Part shown: one piece after another, positions 12,451 to 25,900 of the stretch
How positions within the stretch are numbered: position 1 is the first letter of the stretch
How the letters are laid out: every line of letters begins with the position of its first letter
Assembly (NCBI GenBank): GCA_037379345.1
Contig: CM074520.1
Location: 17,277,488 to 17,341,487, forward strand
Length of the DNA stretch: 64,000 nt
Direction: 5' to 3'
Source: Perna viridis
Lineage: Eukaryota
Notes under the pieces: model-generated
The model's input: the letters and a program-made list of their open reading frames with translations, nothing else
What the model was told of the DNA's origin: nothing
Database searches by the model: none
Translations under genes and position numbers: made by a program

Positions 12451-13007
12451 GCCTTGTGCAGGATGTCTAAAAAGTTTATGTAAATATGGTTAAAGTGAAT
12501 ATGAATCTACAAAATATAAGGCCAAAAGAAAAAAGAAAAACAATGTGAACTTCTTTTCCGCATGCCTGTGCCTTGTGCATGATGCTAAAAATTACATGTA
12601 TTTTATCTATTCATTTGTTAATTCAAAACAAACAATTTCTTATCATTTTTCTATATTATAACTATTTCACCATTGATCAGTAATAAACCTGGAAATATTT
12701 TTTTCTTGCAAATTAATAAATTTTATTTATCTCTTATTTTATCGGAGAAGATCACCTAGAAACTATAGACAATTATTTCATTCAATCTATTATCTAGTTT
12801 AATTTCGCTAAAACATTTAAAAAAAAATTCTTCTTTAAAAATACTAATAAGTTTCTCTTGTTACTTTATCAAAATATCTTTACATTCATTTTCATTTCAC
12901 CCTAAATAAAAAAAAAGAAAAATTCTGGACGATATTTTACTGCTTCTTGTCGCTATTTCTAGACGCTTCTTGTCGCTAATTAGTGAGACCCGCGGTTCTC
13001 GGATTTA

Positions 13008-13020
13008 TTTTCGCGGGAAA
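13008..13020 (+). promoter_or_regulatory. E2F-type site TTTTCGCGGGAAA just upstream of the FANCB ATG
   Basis: Matches the E2F consensus within a small CpG patch; E2F control is typical of replication and repair genes. Confidence 0.5.
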
Positions 13021-13048
13021 TCTATTTTCACTTTCACTTTTAACCAGC

Positions 13049-13957
13049 ATGGAAGCTTACAACAGTTCTAACGGAAAACTTCTGCATATTTCTCAAAATA
13101 TCACAAGTAAATACAAGCCAAAAATATCATTAACCAGAAATGAGTACGACTTTAATAGCTGCACTTTTTTAATTTGTGAAAGCTTCGATTTTCAGTGTCC
13201 AACTCCACAGGCACAGTCAAAATGCATCACTTTTTGTTCGTGTGAAGAAACTCTCACTGACATTAAAATCTCAGCTTTACTAATAGAAAATATAAATGGA
13301 AAAACAATAGATTACTACATTATTGCATTTTCTCCTAAGAGATCACAATTTACACCTTTGCGAAAACTTCAGCTGACCAAAAAATTACTAGTATTCAAGC
13401 TTGTTGATGGACCCACTATTGTATGGATTGAGGATGAATCTCTTTACATAGGAACCTCTTCATCACATAATCAGTGTCGTTTATCAATATTCACCGTAGC
13501 TGGAAACTTACAGGAGGCAAAATTGATAGAAGTAAAGCAACACATGGGATATTATGCTGTTGTAGGAAAGCATAAAACAAACGAAGACACTATCAGTTTA
13601 TTTTTTTATGTTCTTGTTCCTTCTCAGCAGATGTTTGGAACCTATACTGTAAAGGAGTGTGATGTTGGCACAATAGTTTCCCCTTTATATACAAATATTA
13701 GTGGATTAATTTTCGAAGATGTAAACATTTCAATAAAATGTGACAACTTGAATATTGAAAGTTCAGTATTAGCAGTGACAGAGGAAGGATATATTTTGAA
13801 TTTTATTGATGGGCAACTTGTATTTGCTGTGCAAACAAATTCACATTTGGTGTTAGATGTTCATATATTCTATTTCCAATGTATCCCAGTTCAGCAAAAA
13901 TATCTTGGCATATTCAGTGAGGGTGAGGTCAGAATATTTAGCATCGAAAAGAGAGAG
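13049..13957 (+). CDS. FANCB: FANCB coding exon 1
   Basis: ATG at 13049, 303 codons of beta-rich sequence, donor GTGTGT at 13958. Confidence 0.8.
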
Positions 13958-16900
13958 GTGTGTAATAAAAATTTCAGAGCTTAAGAAAGCTTGCATTAGA
14001 GTAAATTGTTGTCATTTGTTTATGTGTTTAGTTCACAGTAATTGTTTAGAATAACAATAGAACACAATGATCACTATATTGACATTAAAATTCAAATATT
14101 AAGTATTAAAAAAAATATAACTACTACACTTCAGTGCTTTTAGCTCTATTCTTGCTGACATCCCTTTCACTTCTGTTGCAGAAAAGTTCTTCAGTGAAAA
14201 ACTCAAGTCATTTATTTCATTTATTATATTGAGGTCTCACTTTGTTTAATAGGCGTAAGATCGGGTGACATTGCAATTGGAGCCAAGGGAACAGAAACTT
14301 GATTTGATTACTGCAAAACAATTCTAAATAGATAAATATATTATAGAATCAGTTCAGATATTTTTATGTTTGGAGGTATATTTCCACATAGCTATTACAA
14401 TATGGGAAACCACCACTCGCCAGCTCGCCAAATATGAGTAGATGTGTAATTTGGCGAGTTCTCATTAGCTTATACTTTTCAATTTGGCGACCGTCATTTG
14501 ATTGGCGAGTTCCAAGGAAAGTTAACCAGCCAACAGGTTATTTAAAATGTAAAACATCCCTTAACATCATACATTAAAAATATGTTCCCTACATTTTAAG
14601 ACGTTTAGCTTGAATATGTCAAGTGAATTTTGGCATGATATGCACAATTTTATTGACTTGTAAGCATTGTTTACGATCTGTTGTACATTGTATGTATTCA
14701 AACGAAATTATCTTGGTAATTTGAGATATGTTACCTTACATATTAGTTGTTTATTGTGGAAATAAAATTGAACAAGAAGCAAATGATAAACATTTTCTTG
14801 TTTCATGATGAATCTGTTGAAATATAATTTTATTTTTAAAGTATGAGTTCAGAAATGAAGTACTTATCCTGTTACTGTAAAGTACATGAAAAACTTCAAT
14901 GGGAGGTAATGTTCGAAAATGGAAAAGTTTTTGATAAATTTAAAAACAAATGAATTTGGCTAGATGAATTTCTATTTGGCTAGCAAGATCAATATTCCAC
15001 TAGCCAGAATGGCAAATTGGGAAAAAAATGGTTTCCCAAACTGCTATTACGCTTAGTGCAGCCTTTAAATCTGATATCCTTTCTTTGGTATAAAACCTTA
15101 AATCCGCATTCACCAGATTCACTGTATGGGGAATGTGAAATTTGTCTATTATTGAATTTGAGTAATCAAGGGTACCAAGATTCTAACGTAAATGAAAAGA
15201 ATTCCCTTCAGGGCCAAAGACTGGACACAGAAAACAGACACACACAACAAAGAACATAAAATAACCAAAATAATACATACAAAGAAACAAAAGTAAATGA
15301 GCAACTCAACTAAAAAGTTGGAGCTTGGACCCAGTGCCCCAGTAAGGTAAGCGTCCTCAGCTTTTGTATAAACAATTTTATCAAGATCTTTTACATGAAA
15401 ATTTTCAGGTTCACCATAAAATCATACCTACTACATGTATATGGAATTTAATCTTTTTATGTCATCTTTCTAATTGATATAGAATACTGTGGAAGTACTT
15501 TAATTCGTGGACACCAGTTTTCGTGGATTAGGCAAAAACATAAGTTTGTGGATTCTTGAATTCTTGGTTTTGAAGTTTTCAGTATACTCATCGTTGAAAA
15601 CCATATTTCATGGTTTGGCATACCCATAAAAACCACGAAAATTGGTACATGACGAACAATAATACTTTCACAGTAATGTGTTTTTTCAATGAGAAAAAAA
15701 CTTTTTCCAACTAGTAGATTTCATTATTTGGGGTCATTTAATGAGAATACTTACAAATACTAGTTTAAGTTCTATGGTTAATTTCATGATATCCCTTTCT
15801 TTTAATAAAGCATTATTTATGAAGAGTATTTCAAATTCAGGTAGTTCATTCTTGGTCTGGAATCAAGGAGGTTCTGTGTGATGATTTTGTAAATAATGGA
15901 GGTCATCAACTGCTGGTATTGACTGAGGGCTTTGATGGCAAGTCTGGGTTCATATTGACTGATGTAGATATCGTACACACAGACACTACCAGTGGAAATG
16001 TTCAAAGAGAAAGTGAATCTGATAGAACTAACACTACAGCAGCAGTCACAGCTTTACAATCAAGATTGAGGGTATAATATATGGAAATGATTAAGATTAC
16101 AATTATTCCAATTTTAACAAATTTCAAAATCTTACTTACCATAGTGAAACTTTTAAGATGCAATGGTTTGTATTTATTGTCCATTCCCTCTGATATGTTC
16201 TCTTTTTTTTTATTAAAAAGTCACAGTTTTTTTTTTGCCAAAGAAGAAAATTAAAGTTTTCAAAATGACAAATCTAAGAAATTACTATTCAGCAATGCAT
16301 TAAGGTCAAACTTTGCTTTTCTGATGAATGCAAAATTAAGTCTAACAACAACGTACCGGTATTTTAATCTGATATTGTTTGTGCAGATTTGATATGACTG
16401 CAAAACATTTTGCTTTGTTATAATAGTATATCACAGTGTTCATTTTCTGTAGAGAATCTGTTTTCATGCAATAACTTAACATAACGAGAGGTAAGGTGTA
16501 TATTTCAAAGAGACAAAAACCCCATTGGGATGAAAATGTTAGGCCAAGGCCACGACTTCAATGAACAACAAGGAATCCCTCATACCAAAGAGCAGGCTGC
16601 AGCTGGCCCCTAAACATCATTACACACAGGTTCAGCAAAAGAGTTACCCCTTTATACTCAAGTAATATAAAATTAAACTAAAGGTGGAAACAAAACAAGA
16701 CATACAGAGGCTAGAAATTTCTGATTTGGGACAGGCGCAAAAATGGGCCAGGTTTAAGTACCTTGGCTTCATCACAACCCCCCCCCCCCTTCAAAATCTG
16801 ACCACTGTGGAAAAATATTACACAATTAAACATACATAAAAATCAGTTCGAAAAGGTCGGAGTCCCTTGTGACAATAGAAATCAAGAAACTGAATATAAA

Positions 16901-19900
16901 TTACACAATTAGTATATGTTCTATAAGTCAGTGGATCTGTTTGAAACTTGACCATTAAAGGGAGGTTGGTATTATACTTATGTTTGGGGTAGTGATCCCA
17001 GCTATTTAAGAAATAAGAGAAAAGTGTTAATAGTGTAATATTTTTTCCACAATAGCCAGATTTAAAGGGGGTGGGTTGCGATCACGCCAAAGTACTTTAA
17101 TCCCGTAACCATGTAATCTGCTATATAGAATCTCATTTTCCCCTGGCGATTTTACACTAGAAGTATACTTTTTACAAATTTCCACAACCAAAGACTGTTT
17201 AACATACAGAAAAAATATGACTTTGTGGTTCTCTATGTTTTTTTTAAATTTCAGAATGAAGTAGTATCATTAAATGAGTTAACCTCAGATGTTCATCATA
17301 GAAAACAACACATAGCAGAACTATGGTCAAAATCTGCCAAGTTAAACCAAGGAACTTCTGTTGATTGTGTTCAAGTATGTTATGTGTAATTTACCATGTA
17401 ATGGGTAATTGTTTTAGATGTTATATTTAAATTTAACATTTTTTTTATGGTATTCATGAAAAATATGCCAGATATAGAAGCAAGAGAACATAGTTATAAA
17501 CAAAGATGCTTTTGAGATAGAAAAAAAAGTTATAATTTTTTAATGCTCTGAATGGCTTAGGTGATTTTCTAAGGTATTTTAAATACATAACTCTGACTCT
17601 AATAATGGTCAAATAACTTTGTACATTTATCCTGGAATTACAGAAATTCATGTTTGACTACATTGGCTGATACTCATTTCCTTGTTACCAGTCTAGTTCT
17701 GTGTTTTTTAATAGTTCTGACTTTTTGTCGAGACATATTGTGGAGTACCATTGTCCGTCAGTCCATCTTATTTTTCTATTTAAAGTTATGGGACTTTATT
17801 TATGCATAACGGTAAATGGGCGATTTTTTGTTTTTGAATACAACTCAGATACTATGAATACATAAATCAAATACCCTTGCACATTGTCCATGAAACTTTG
17901 ATGAGAAAACCTGGCTAGTTTTCACTATTATGGGTTATTCTATGAAAATTTTCCTGTATATAATATTGTAACCCATGCATGAAATGGTTGTTTCTGTTCT
18001 GTTGGTCAGTATAGTGATTTATTAGACCATTAATTGCAATCACTTTTTTGCATAATCTAATTTTTGGAGTTTTGAAAGTCTCAGCTGATTTTGATATACA
18101 AGGGGGATAATCCAACTTATGGGTTTAAAAAGATTTGTCTTTTTGAAATTATGTCATTTTTTGACAGTTTGCTCTAAATATTTTATTTAGATATACATGT
18201 ATATTGTGAAACGGAACTACATGTATGCTTTTATCAATCTAATGCCGTATTATATTGTTGGTGATTTCAGAATCCAATGCTTGTGAGTCTCATTGGTAAT
18301 GATGATAATGAATTAACCACTGTGTTACATGATGAGGAAACATCTTCAATCAAATTCAGGGCTGTATGGAAGAGGATCCATGAAAAAATTCTTGTGGTTG
18401 GTGTTGAATTAACCAATACATCAAAAAGGTATGATTGTTTGCCACATTAGTGTTGGCTTTTACTCTTTCTTGTTACCAGATTATATTAAAAAAAAGTCTC
18501 CCCTCACAATTTGTTCTAGCTGTTTAAATGTGAATCACATTCTTATAATCTTGTATATTGTATGTAATACTGTAGTTTGGTGTGTATAATATACAGTTAT
18601 GTATTATGTGCATTGAATTTTGAAGGTCAAAATGTGTGAAAAAAACGTTTTTTAGACATTAATGGCAGTAGAATTTTGAAAGACAAAAGATTGATATTTT
18701 GCACTTGATCGGTCAATATATTTACATTTATCCAGTATTTCCTACATAAATATGAAGGAAAGAAACTTTTATTCACACTTGAACTTAAACCAGGCAAAAG
18801 TGTCAAAAAGTGATTTCAGCAATTACTAATAATTTATATTGCATTGGGTAGGACCCCATGTGAAACGAAAAACTTACAAATATTTTTTCCATAAAATCCA
18901 AGATGGCCGAGATATGGCCGCCATTTTGTTTTCTGAGAATTTACTAGGAAAATGACAATTTTCAGGTAAAAAACATGAAAAATTAAGACATCAATTATTT
19001 AGAATGTTTTAAAGACATAGTGAATGAACTAATTTTGCTAAATAAAGTATAATTAGCCTTTTATAAAACAACAGGCAGATTGTTATAATCAGTGATCAAA
19101 ACTCTATAAATAGGTTTTAAAATTTGGAAATTTGCCAATTTTTAAAAATTCCTTATTTTAGCCACATGTTATCTTCTTCCAATTGCTAAAGAAACGCTTT
19201 TAAATTTTATTTTTTTTATGGAAACATGATGATGCATCCAAGATAGTGGAGTGGATAACCTCAGAATTTCACCAAAATATTTAAAATTATGATACAAGCA
19301 CCAAATTTTGCAGAGTTATACCTTATTATATACTTGTTTCAATAAAAGCATGAGCCACCTTGATTTTGCATTTTTAAAGATGGCCGCTAACTTTTAAAAA
19401 ATGGCAGTTAAAACCAGTCTTCCATTTCCTCAAGAAAGGTCAAAAGGTCAAGTTAAATTTGGATAATGTCATTATTCAAATGATTTTTGGTATTGTAATG
19501 ATACAGATATATTTAGGATATCTAAATATAGTCGCTTGATGTTGTTTTGGTTTGCGCTTCCGCTAATTTTGCTTGAAAAGTTAAAAATGTGCAAACCAAT
19601 TTCAGGATGGGTCAATTAAAATTTCTATCTACTCGCTCTGTTTTGCTCACTTGAGATCACATTGACTTTAAACCATGTACATGCATAAAATGAGTGTCTA
19701 AGATATGACAATAAGTATTTGTCTTTTATCAAAGCCGAAATATTGGAAAAATGGAAATTTTCAGATTTTCAAATTTTCCCCATTATTGTTTTGAATTTTG
19801 TAATTTCATCTTATATATGATATCAAATTAGTAAAACTGTCACATAATACTGTGAAATGATTTACCCTTTAATATCAGTAAAATAGATATTTTTAGCAGG

Positions 19901-22900
19901 CTTTGATTAAAAAAAAAAATAACGGTTTTAGACATTTTTTCTGAATCTGACTTTACTCTGTTTTATAATTTTTCATTTGTGTAATTTGAATAAAACATGC
20001 CTTGTATTCATTTTTATTATTAGGTCATATACAAATTAGTTGCATACACTACCAGGGCACATACTGGTTCTACTTTTAGCCGTGAAAATTCTCAAAAATG
20101 TATCTTGATTCGCCCCAATTCAGATTAAGGTGTCATGTCCGGATCAACGAAGTGTGCCAATGCGGCAAAATCGAACAAATAAGGTCTGGGCATATGTCCT
20201 TTGGATGGCGTAGAGATCGCATGGGAGTTATATGGTGTAAAATGAATGATTGGGTTAGGCGTAGGAACAACACCATCGAACCTAGTTGAATCTCGTACAA
20301 TATAGTGTATCCAAGAATTAAAGGTGGTTAAAGGATAATCCCTCGGCTTTTTTAAAGTCTCAGCTTGTTTCTATGATTCATAACATTTAATCTAATTTGA
20401 AAAGTTTAGGACAGGTAGTCTCAAACACAATTATATATTATTGCAGTTTCTTATAATTGTTCAAGTTTTAAGATTTTTCATTTTTTGACATGTCGAAAAA
20501 GATTCGATTGTCAACATCTCCTGAGGAGAAATGTTTCTTTTGTTAGACATTGATATCCCCTACTGATCTACCAGATAAAGCAGCCCTCAAAAGTACCTTT
20601 TGAAACTAGGTGGTCTTTTGGCCACCAACCTTGAAATTTTAGTGGCCAACACAAATTTTAGGTTGCCAGCCAAAAAAAGTAGGTCGCCAGAAAAAATGTT
20701 ATCACAAGTTCAAGTAATACCATGTATTTTCATTTTGTCTGGGTCATTGACTTTTTTAATTTTTAGTGTATATTTGGTTTTAGTTTTTCATGTTGTCTGG
20801 TGTCCTTGTTCGTTAAAAAACTTGTCAAAAGTGTTTGTTTTACTTTCTCCGCCATTACAGGGAATTAGAAACCATCGATGACACGCTTGAAATCGTTTTC
20901 AAAATCTCGTTACTTTCAAACGTACTGGTGATAATTGAGTAACATATGAAAAATACCGGCTCGGACATGATTTTTTTCTGGATTTTTCGGTCGCCAGTCA
21001 ATATTATTTCAAGTCGCCAATTGGCGACTTTGATATTGTTTTCAGTCGCAAAAACGTTAAGTCACCAATGCGACCATTTCACTAGACTAAATTGAGGGCT
21101 GTAAAGTCAAAGCGGGATATACTCTCCTGGCAAAAATATCCTTGAGTTCAAAAGATTGAATGAGATGCCAGTACCCTTAGATATAAGTCGAATAGATGAT
21201 GACCAGGGTATCGAAATAATTTTAGATAGTATATAACTCTGCAAATTACCATCATTCTTGCAGGCTATTTTTCAATAACACAAAATGAGAAAGTACCATG
21301 AAACGAAGATCTGTTAAAACTGAAGATCAAGGTGAAACATCTAAATTAATCAGAAAAAGAAGCTCAGTTGAGAAAGAGGATGTTGCAAAAAGATTCTTGT
21401 GTTCAAAGAGTAACCAAGATTATAGTGGTAATCAAAAGAATGTAATCCAGGGACAAAGACCAGACATGGAAAAGAGACATACGCAACTGAAACATAAAGT
21501 AACTAAAATCATACATACAAAGTAACAAAAGCAAATGAGCAATTCAGACTCCACTAAAAACTGGGAGCATGGACCAGGTGCACCGGTAGGTTAAGCGTCC
21601 TCTGCTTTTCTAGAAACACCCGCCGAGTTGCTCATAAAAAGTCAAGTCCAGGGTAGACTAAAGAGGAAAGGAAAACTATGACATGTTGAACAAATCAGTT
21701 TTCATGGCACAGATGGATACACCGTAACGATCCACGAGTTTATGATGACAACCATAAAACTTCTGTAGTGATGATTTCAATCTTGTAGCAACATAACCCT
21801 TTTCCAGAAGCCTATTTGTCAGAGTTCTAGCGCAATACAAAAAGTCTACGTAGTCTCGGCAAGCTCTGGCATAACGTATGAGTTGTGATATGAACACTCC
21901 ATGCGCATGTGTGGAAGGGATACATCATAATGCTAGTACAAGAGGGACTTAATCGTTGTGCTTTCGTCTTGCAAGATCAAAATCTTTTTTTTTGCAAAAT
22001 GTCATTGCACAGGAGTTAAATTACCACCTAAATGCTAACGTCTTATACAATCGCGAAAGGAAGGTGTTAATTAAACGAAAAAATTTCTGACAAGAAAAGT
22101 GAGGAACTCACTAACGAACTGTTATTTGCAGAACTTATTACCATGTAGATGAATCTCAAAGGGCAAATCCTGGTGATGTTGTCTTTAAACTTGCTGATCC
22201 TTGGTCATTGTACGAGAAAATGTTGCGTGATTTTCCCCATCCTCAGTAGATGTCAACTGAACTCACCTGAAAAACAGATATAAAGCTTACCACAAAGGGA
22301 GGGAGGTAATATTTGTGTTCGAGAAGGATGTTGGTCAGTCGATGCTCACTTCTAGCGATTATACCAATGCTATGTATCTGGAAAGGCAGCAGAGATCGCG
22401 CCAGAGGATATGAGTCAACACAAGATACGTGTCAGTAGCACTTTTGACGAAGTATCCATGACTGAATGAAACCGTTTCTGAACTCTCTTCTAGCTCAAAT
22501 TGAAAATTGAGTTATTGATTCTGATCTGGCCATTTCTCAATTATTACTGTGTAACTTTCATAAAAAAGCAGCTAATGAAGGCAATTGTCGAAAAAATATT
22601 CTACTGATTGTGAGCTTCCTTTTGCGATCTATGTTGGACTCCTTCTTTTTACAAAGACAAGAAAGTGTAATTTTATTGATTTGTTATTTGAACATGGTAT
22701 TTGCATATCGTATGATCTTGTTCTAAAATTTGTACTGTATTAGATGATGCTGTGATTCAAAAATATTTGGAAAATGATGTGGTCTGGCCTTCACTTTTGA
22801 GGAAAGGTGTCTTCACGACTTTAGCTATTGGTATAGCCAATCACTAAAACTCTCTGACTGGAGGCAAGAGTCCTACCTTTTCCACGCTTAAAGGCTGTGA

Positions 22901-25900
22901 TACAGTTTCTGCCTTTATTTGGAAAAGGCAAATTCCATGTATGCAAGCCTGGAATGTCTTTCCAGGTGCAATGGAGGTATTTTGTCGATTGAGTCTATAA
23001 TTGATAAAATTGGTTCTGATTGTGTCATTATTGAATCACTCAACGTAATTATGTATGACCACCCCAATCAAAAAACAAACAACGGTTGCTCTTTTTGCAA
23101 GAAAGCGAAAGCCTTATAACGTTATCCCACCATCCAAAGCTGTATTGATAGTGTGTATAAAAAGAGATGTATTGCAAGCAGGTCATACTTTGAATCGGAT
23201 GATGGAACTACCGCCTCCAGATAGATGTGATTGGCAATGGCAAGACAATGTGTGGGTGCGATATTGGACTTCACTGCCGCAAATAGTGGCATCATGCCAA
23301 GACCTTTGAAGTACAGATACAGGCAGCTATGCTCTGGAAATTGTAAGCGCTACCAATCCAGATTGCAGTACAGAGCATTATGCAGTTGTAAAAAGTTGTT
23401 GTAAAAAAGTTTTTCATCGAACATTCATATGCGCATTACCAAACAATTAAAAGCATTCTAACTTAAAGAACAAACGTCTTACTGTCATATGTATTATTTA
23501 AACGGCATTACTATAACCATTTGAGGTAAAATTACCCATTTTGAAAAATATTGGGAAAAATTATCAATCCGAAAATTTTCATTTTTCATATTTTTGGCAT
23601 TTCACAACAACAAAAATGTTTTATGATACCTAAAGTGGTATTTTATACACACACATTTATATACAGAGGGTTCAAAATCTGTATGAGCACAATTGTGTAA
23701 AAATGGCGAGCACATTTTATTGACCTACCATGTAATAGATTAACATACCTTGATTTTATTCGGCAAAATTGGCACATGCGCATAAGAAAAAAACCTTTCG
23801 CGGATAAATTAGGATATTCTTAATATCCTAGGACAATTTCTATTCCAAAAATAATTTGAATGATGACAATATCGTAAATCACCTTGACATAAAGACCATT
23901 CTTGTGCGAATGGGAATTAGGTTTTGACCGACATGTAAAAAAGTGGCGGCAATCTTATAATATGGCGAAATTGAAGTGGCTCACGATTTCATTTGAAAGA
24001 GCATACATTGAAGAATATGTGTGCAAAATTTGGTGCTTGTATCATAATCTTAAATATTTCATCAGGTTCCCTCCTCACTACATGTTATTAAGACATTTAA
24101 ACTTGATTTGAAGAAAATATCATTTAAAATTTAATACTTAAAGATGAATTTGATGATAACATAAACTTTCTTTCAGTAACATTTCACTTCCGATTTGTTG
24201 TTAACATTATGGAATCTCTTTTCTCTTACGAAAATCTGTTATTTTTTTGCCAAATCTTATATATTAATGCATAATATACACCCCCATGTTTTGGAAATGA
24301 TTTCTATATAAAAATATGCACATTATACACACCAAAATATGGTACTTCAAATGTGTCATTATTTTTTCAGTGCAATCCCATGTCAGGAATTTCTGGCCTT
24401 TGTATGTATAGTTTTGTTTTCACTTTCAGTTTACTTTCATTTTGCTAGAGTCCATAAGAGCAACACTTTTTCGCTGTACCTGTGTATAATATTGTTTTTG
24501 GGCCAGCTGCAGTCTGCCCTGTGGTGTAAGAGTTTCCTCATCATTGAAGACCCATGGGCGTCCTTGAGCTGACATTTTTCATTCCGATGTGATTGTTGTC
24601 TCATTGACATAATCATCTTGTTATAAAATATTTCATTTTGGAGGGAAGCTGGCTTTTGCCTTTGATTGTTATCACAGCTGTATAAACATGTCATGTTCAC
24701 AGCTGTTTATCATTACTATCATCCAAATTTTTTAAAGCATCAACTATAATCATCAAAGAGTAATCAATGGAACCAAAATTAGAGATGTAATCAAAAGAAT
24801 ATACTCCAAATATAAAGACTAGACTGGGAAAATAGACAAACACAACAAAAAACATGAAATAACCAAAATAACACATACAAAGAAACAAAAGTAAATGAGC
24901 AACCTGGAATCCACTAAAACTGGGAGCAGTTGGACCAGGTGCATCAGTAGATGAGCACCAGTCAACAAATAAACAGTGCATACTATCTCTCTATGTATGG
25001 AAAATCTCTGTATGCTAATGCATTGTTTAAAAAAAAGTCATCCATATTTATAAATAGATGAATAGATGGTGGTATGGAGCCAGTTTATCCATGAAAAGAT
25101 TAACCTGCTGCTACTTGCATGTTTATTTATGTGGCAAGTTTTGATTTAACATAGTATAATCACATGATAAATTAGGTCTGTTTTTTCAACTTCAACTTCT
25201 ACAACAGTACATGTACTGTTGTAAGTAGGGTTTCAAATTATGAGATTAAACTAGTAGAAATAATCCAAATTCCAGTTGAAATGAGAATTTTATTTTCTTC
25301 TTCAGCTCAAAAGTGGTTTCTATGGTAATGGTACCAACAGGTCAAGGAAGTAAACAAGTAATGACCTTCACTTCTGCTTGCTTTGACCTTGGAAAATTAA
25401 CAGCAACCAAAAATATTTTTTTCAATGCATCAAAAAGAAGAAAAGTTTTATCTACTTCTATATCAAATTTTGAAGGATGCGAGACCTACCAGCTAGAGTC
25501 TGGACATTCTGCTGTACTCCTGTGTAAGACAGATGTGCCAAGTTTCACTACAATCCCAGAGATAAACTTTACCATCTCAGTGCACATTATTGAAACTGCA
25601 GATAATTGTGTTAATAAAATAAATGAAATTTTACATGCAGGGGAAACAACTCTGTCTGCCTTAGATGTAGTTGAGGGAAAATACGATATTGAACTAAACA
25701 CCTGTTCCAAAATTCATCCCTTTCAGCCTACAGGTGAGTTGATTAGACTTTGTGGCATAAGCATGGATTGAAAGAAGAAAAGTTGGTGATGAAACAAGAA
25801 ATATTCATAAAAGGGTCTTAATATTTACAGCTTATAGATCTACCATTATCATTCCTACTGTATAATACAAAGTATGCAAGCTTTTTAGGTTGTTTTTCTA

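Larger units (their letters stand above)
19244..24080 (+). mobile_element. Academ (AcademX-type) DNA transposon remnant
   Basis: Imperfect ~140-bp TIRs with TAGT...ACTA termini (AAATTATGATACAAGCACCAAATTTTGCA mirrored near 24025-24050). Decayed XPG-like FHA.KGCDTVSAF.GKGK at about 22875-22930, then IPPSK..QAGH..WQW..YWTSLP and a Cys-rich tail at 23100-23390. Confidence 0.75.
18573..24339. mobile_element. Outer Academ-like non-autonomous element hosting nested insertions
   Basis: TAGTTTGGTGTGTATAAT at 18573 and ATTATACACACCAAAATA ending at 24339 form TIRs; no clear TSD. Confidence 0.55.

Noticed and set aside
12983-13048. GTG-initiated N-terminal extension in the ORF track
   Set aside because: This is a eukaryotic gene; the region holds an E2F-like site and a polypyrimidine/AG, and the first ATG is at 13049.
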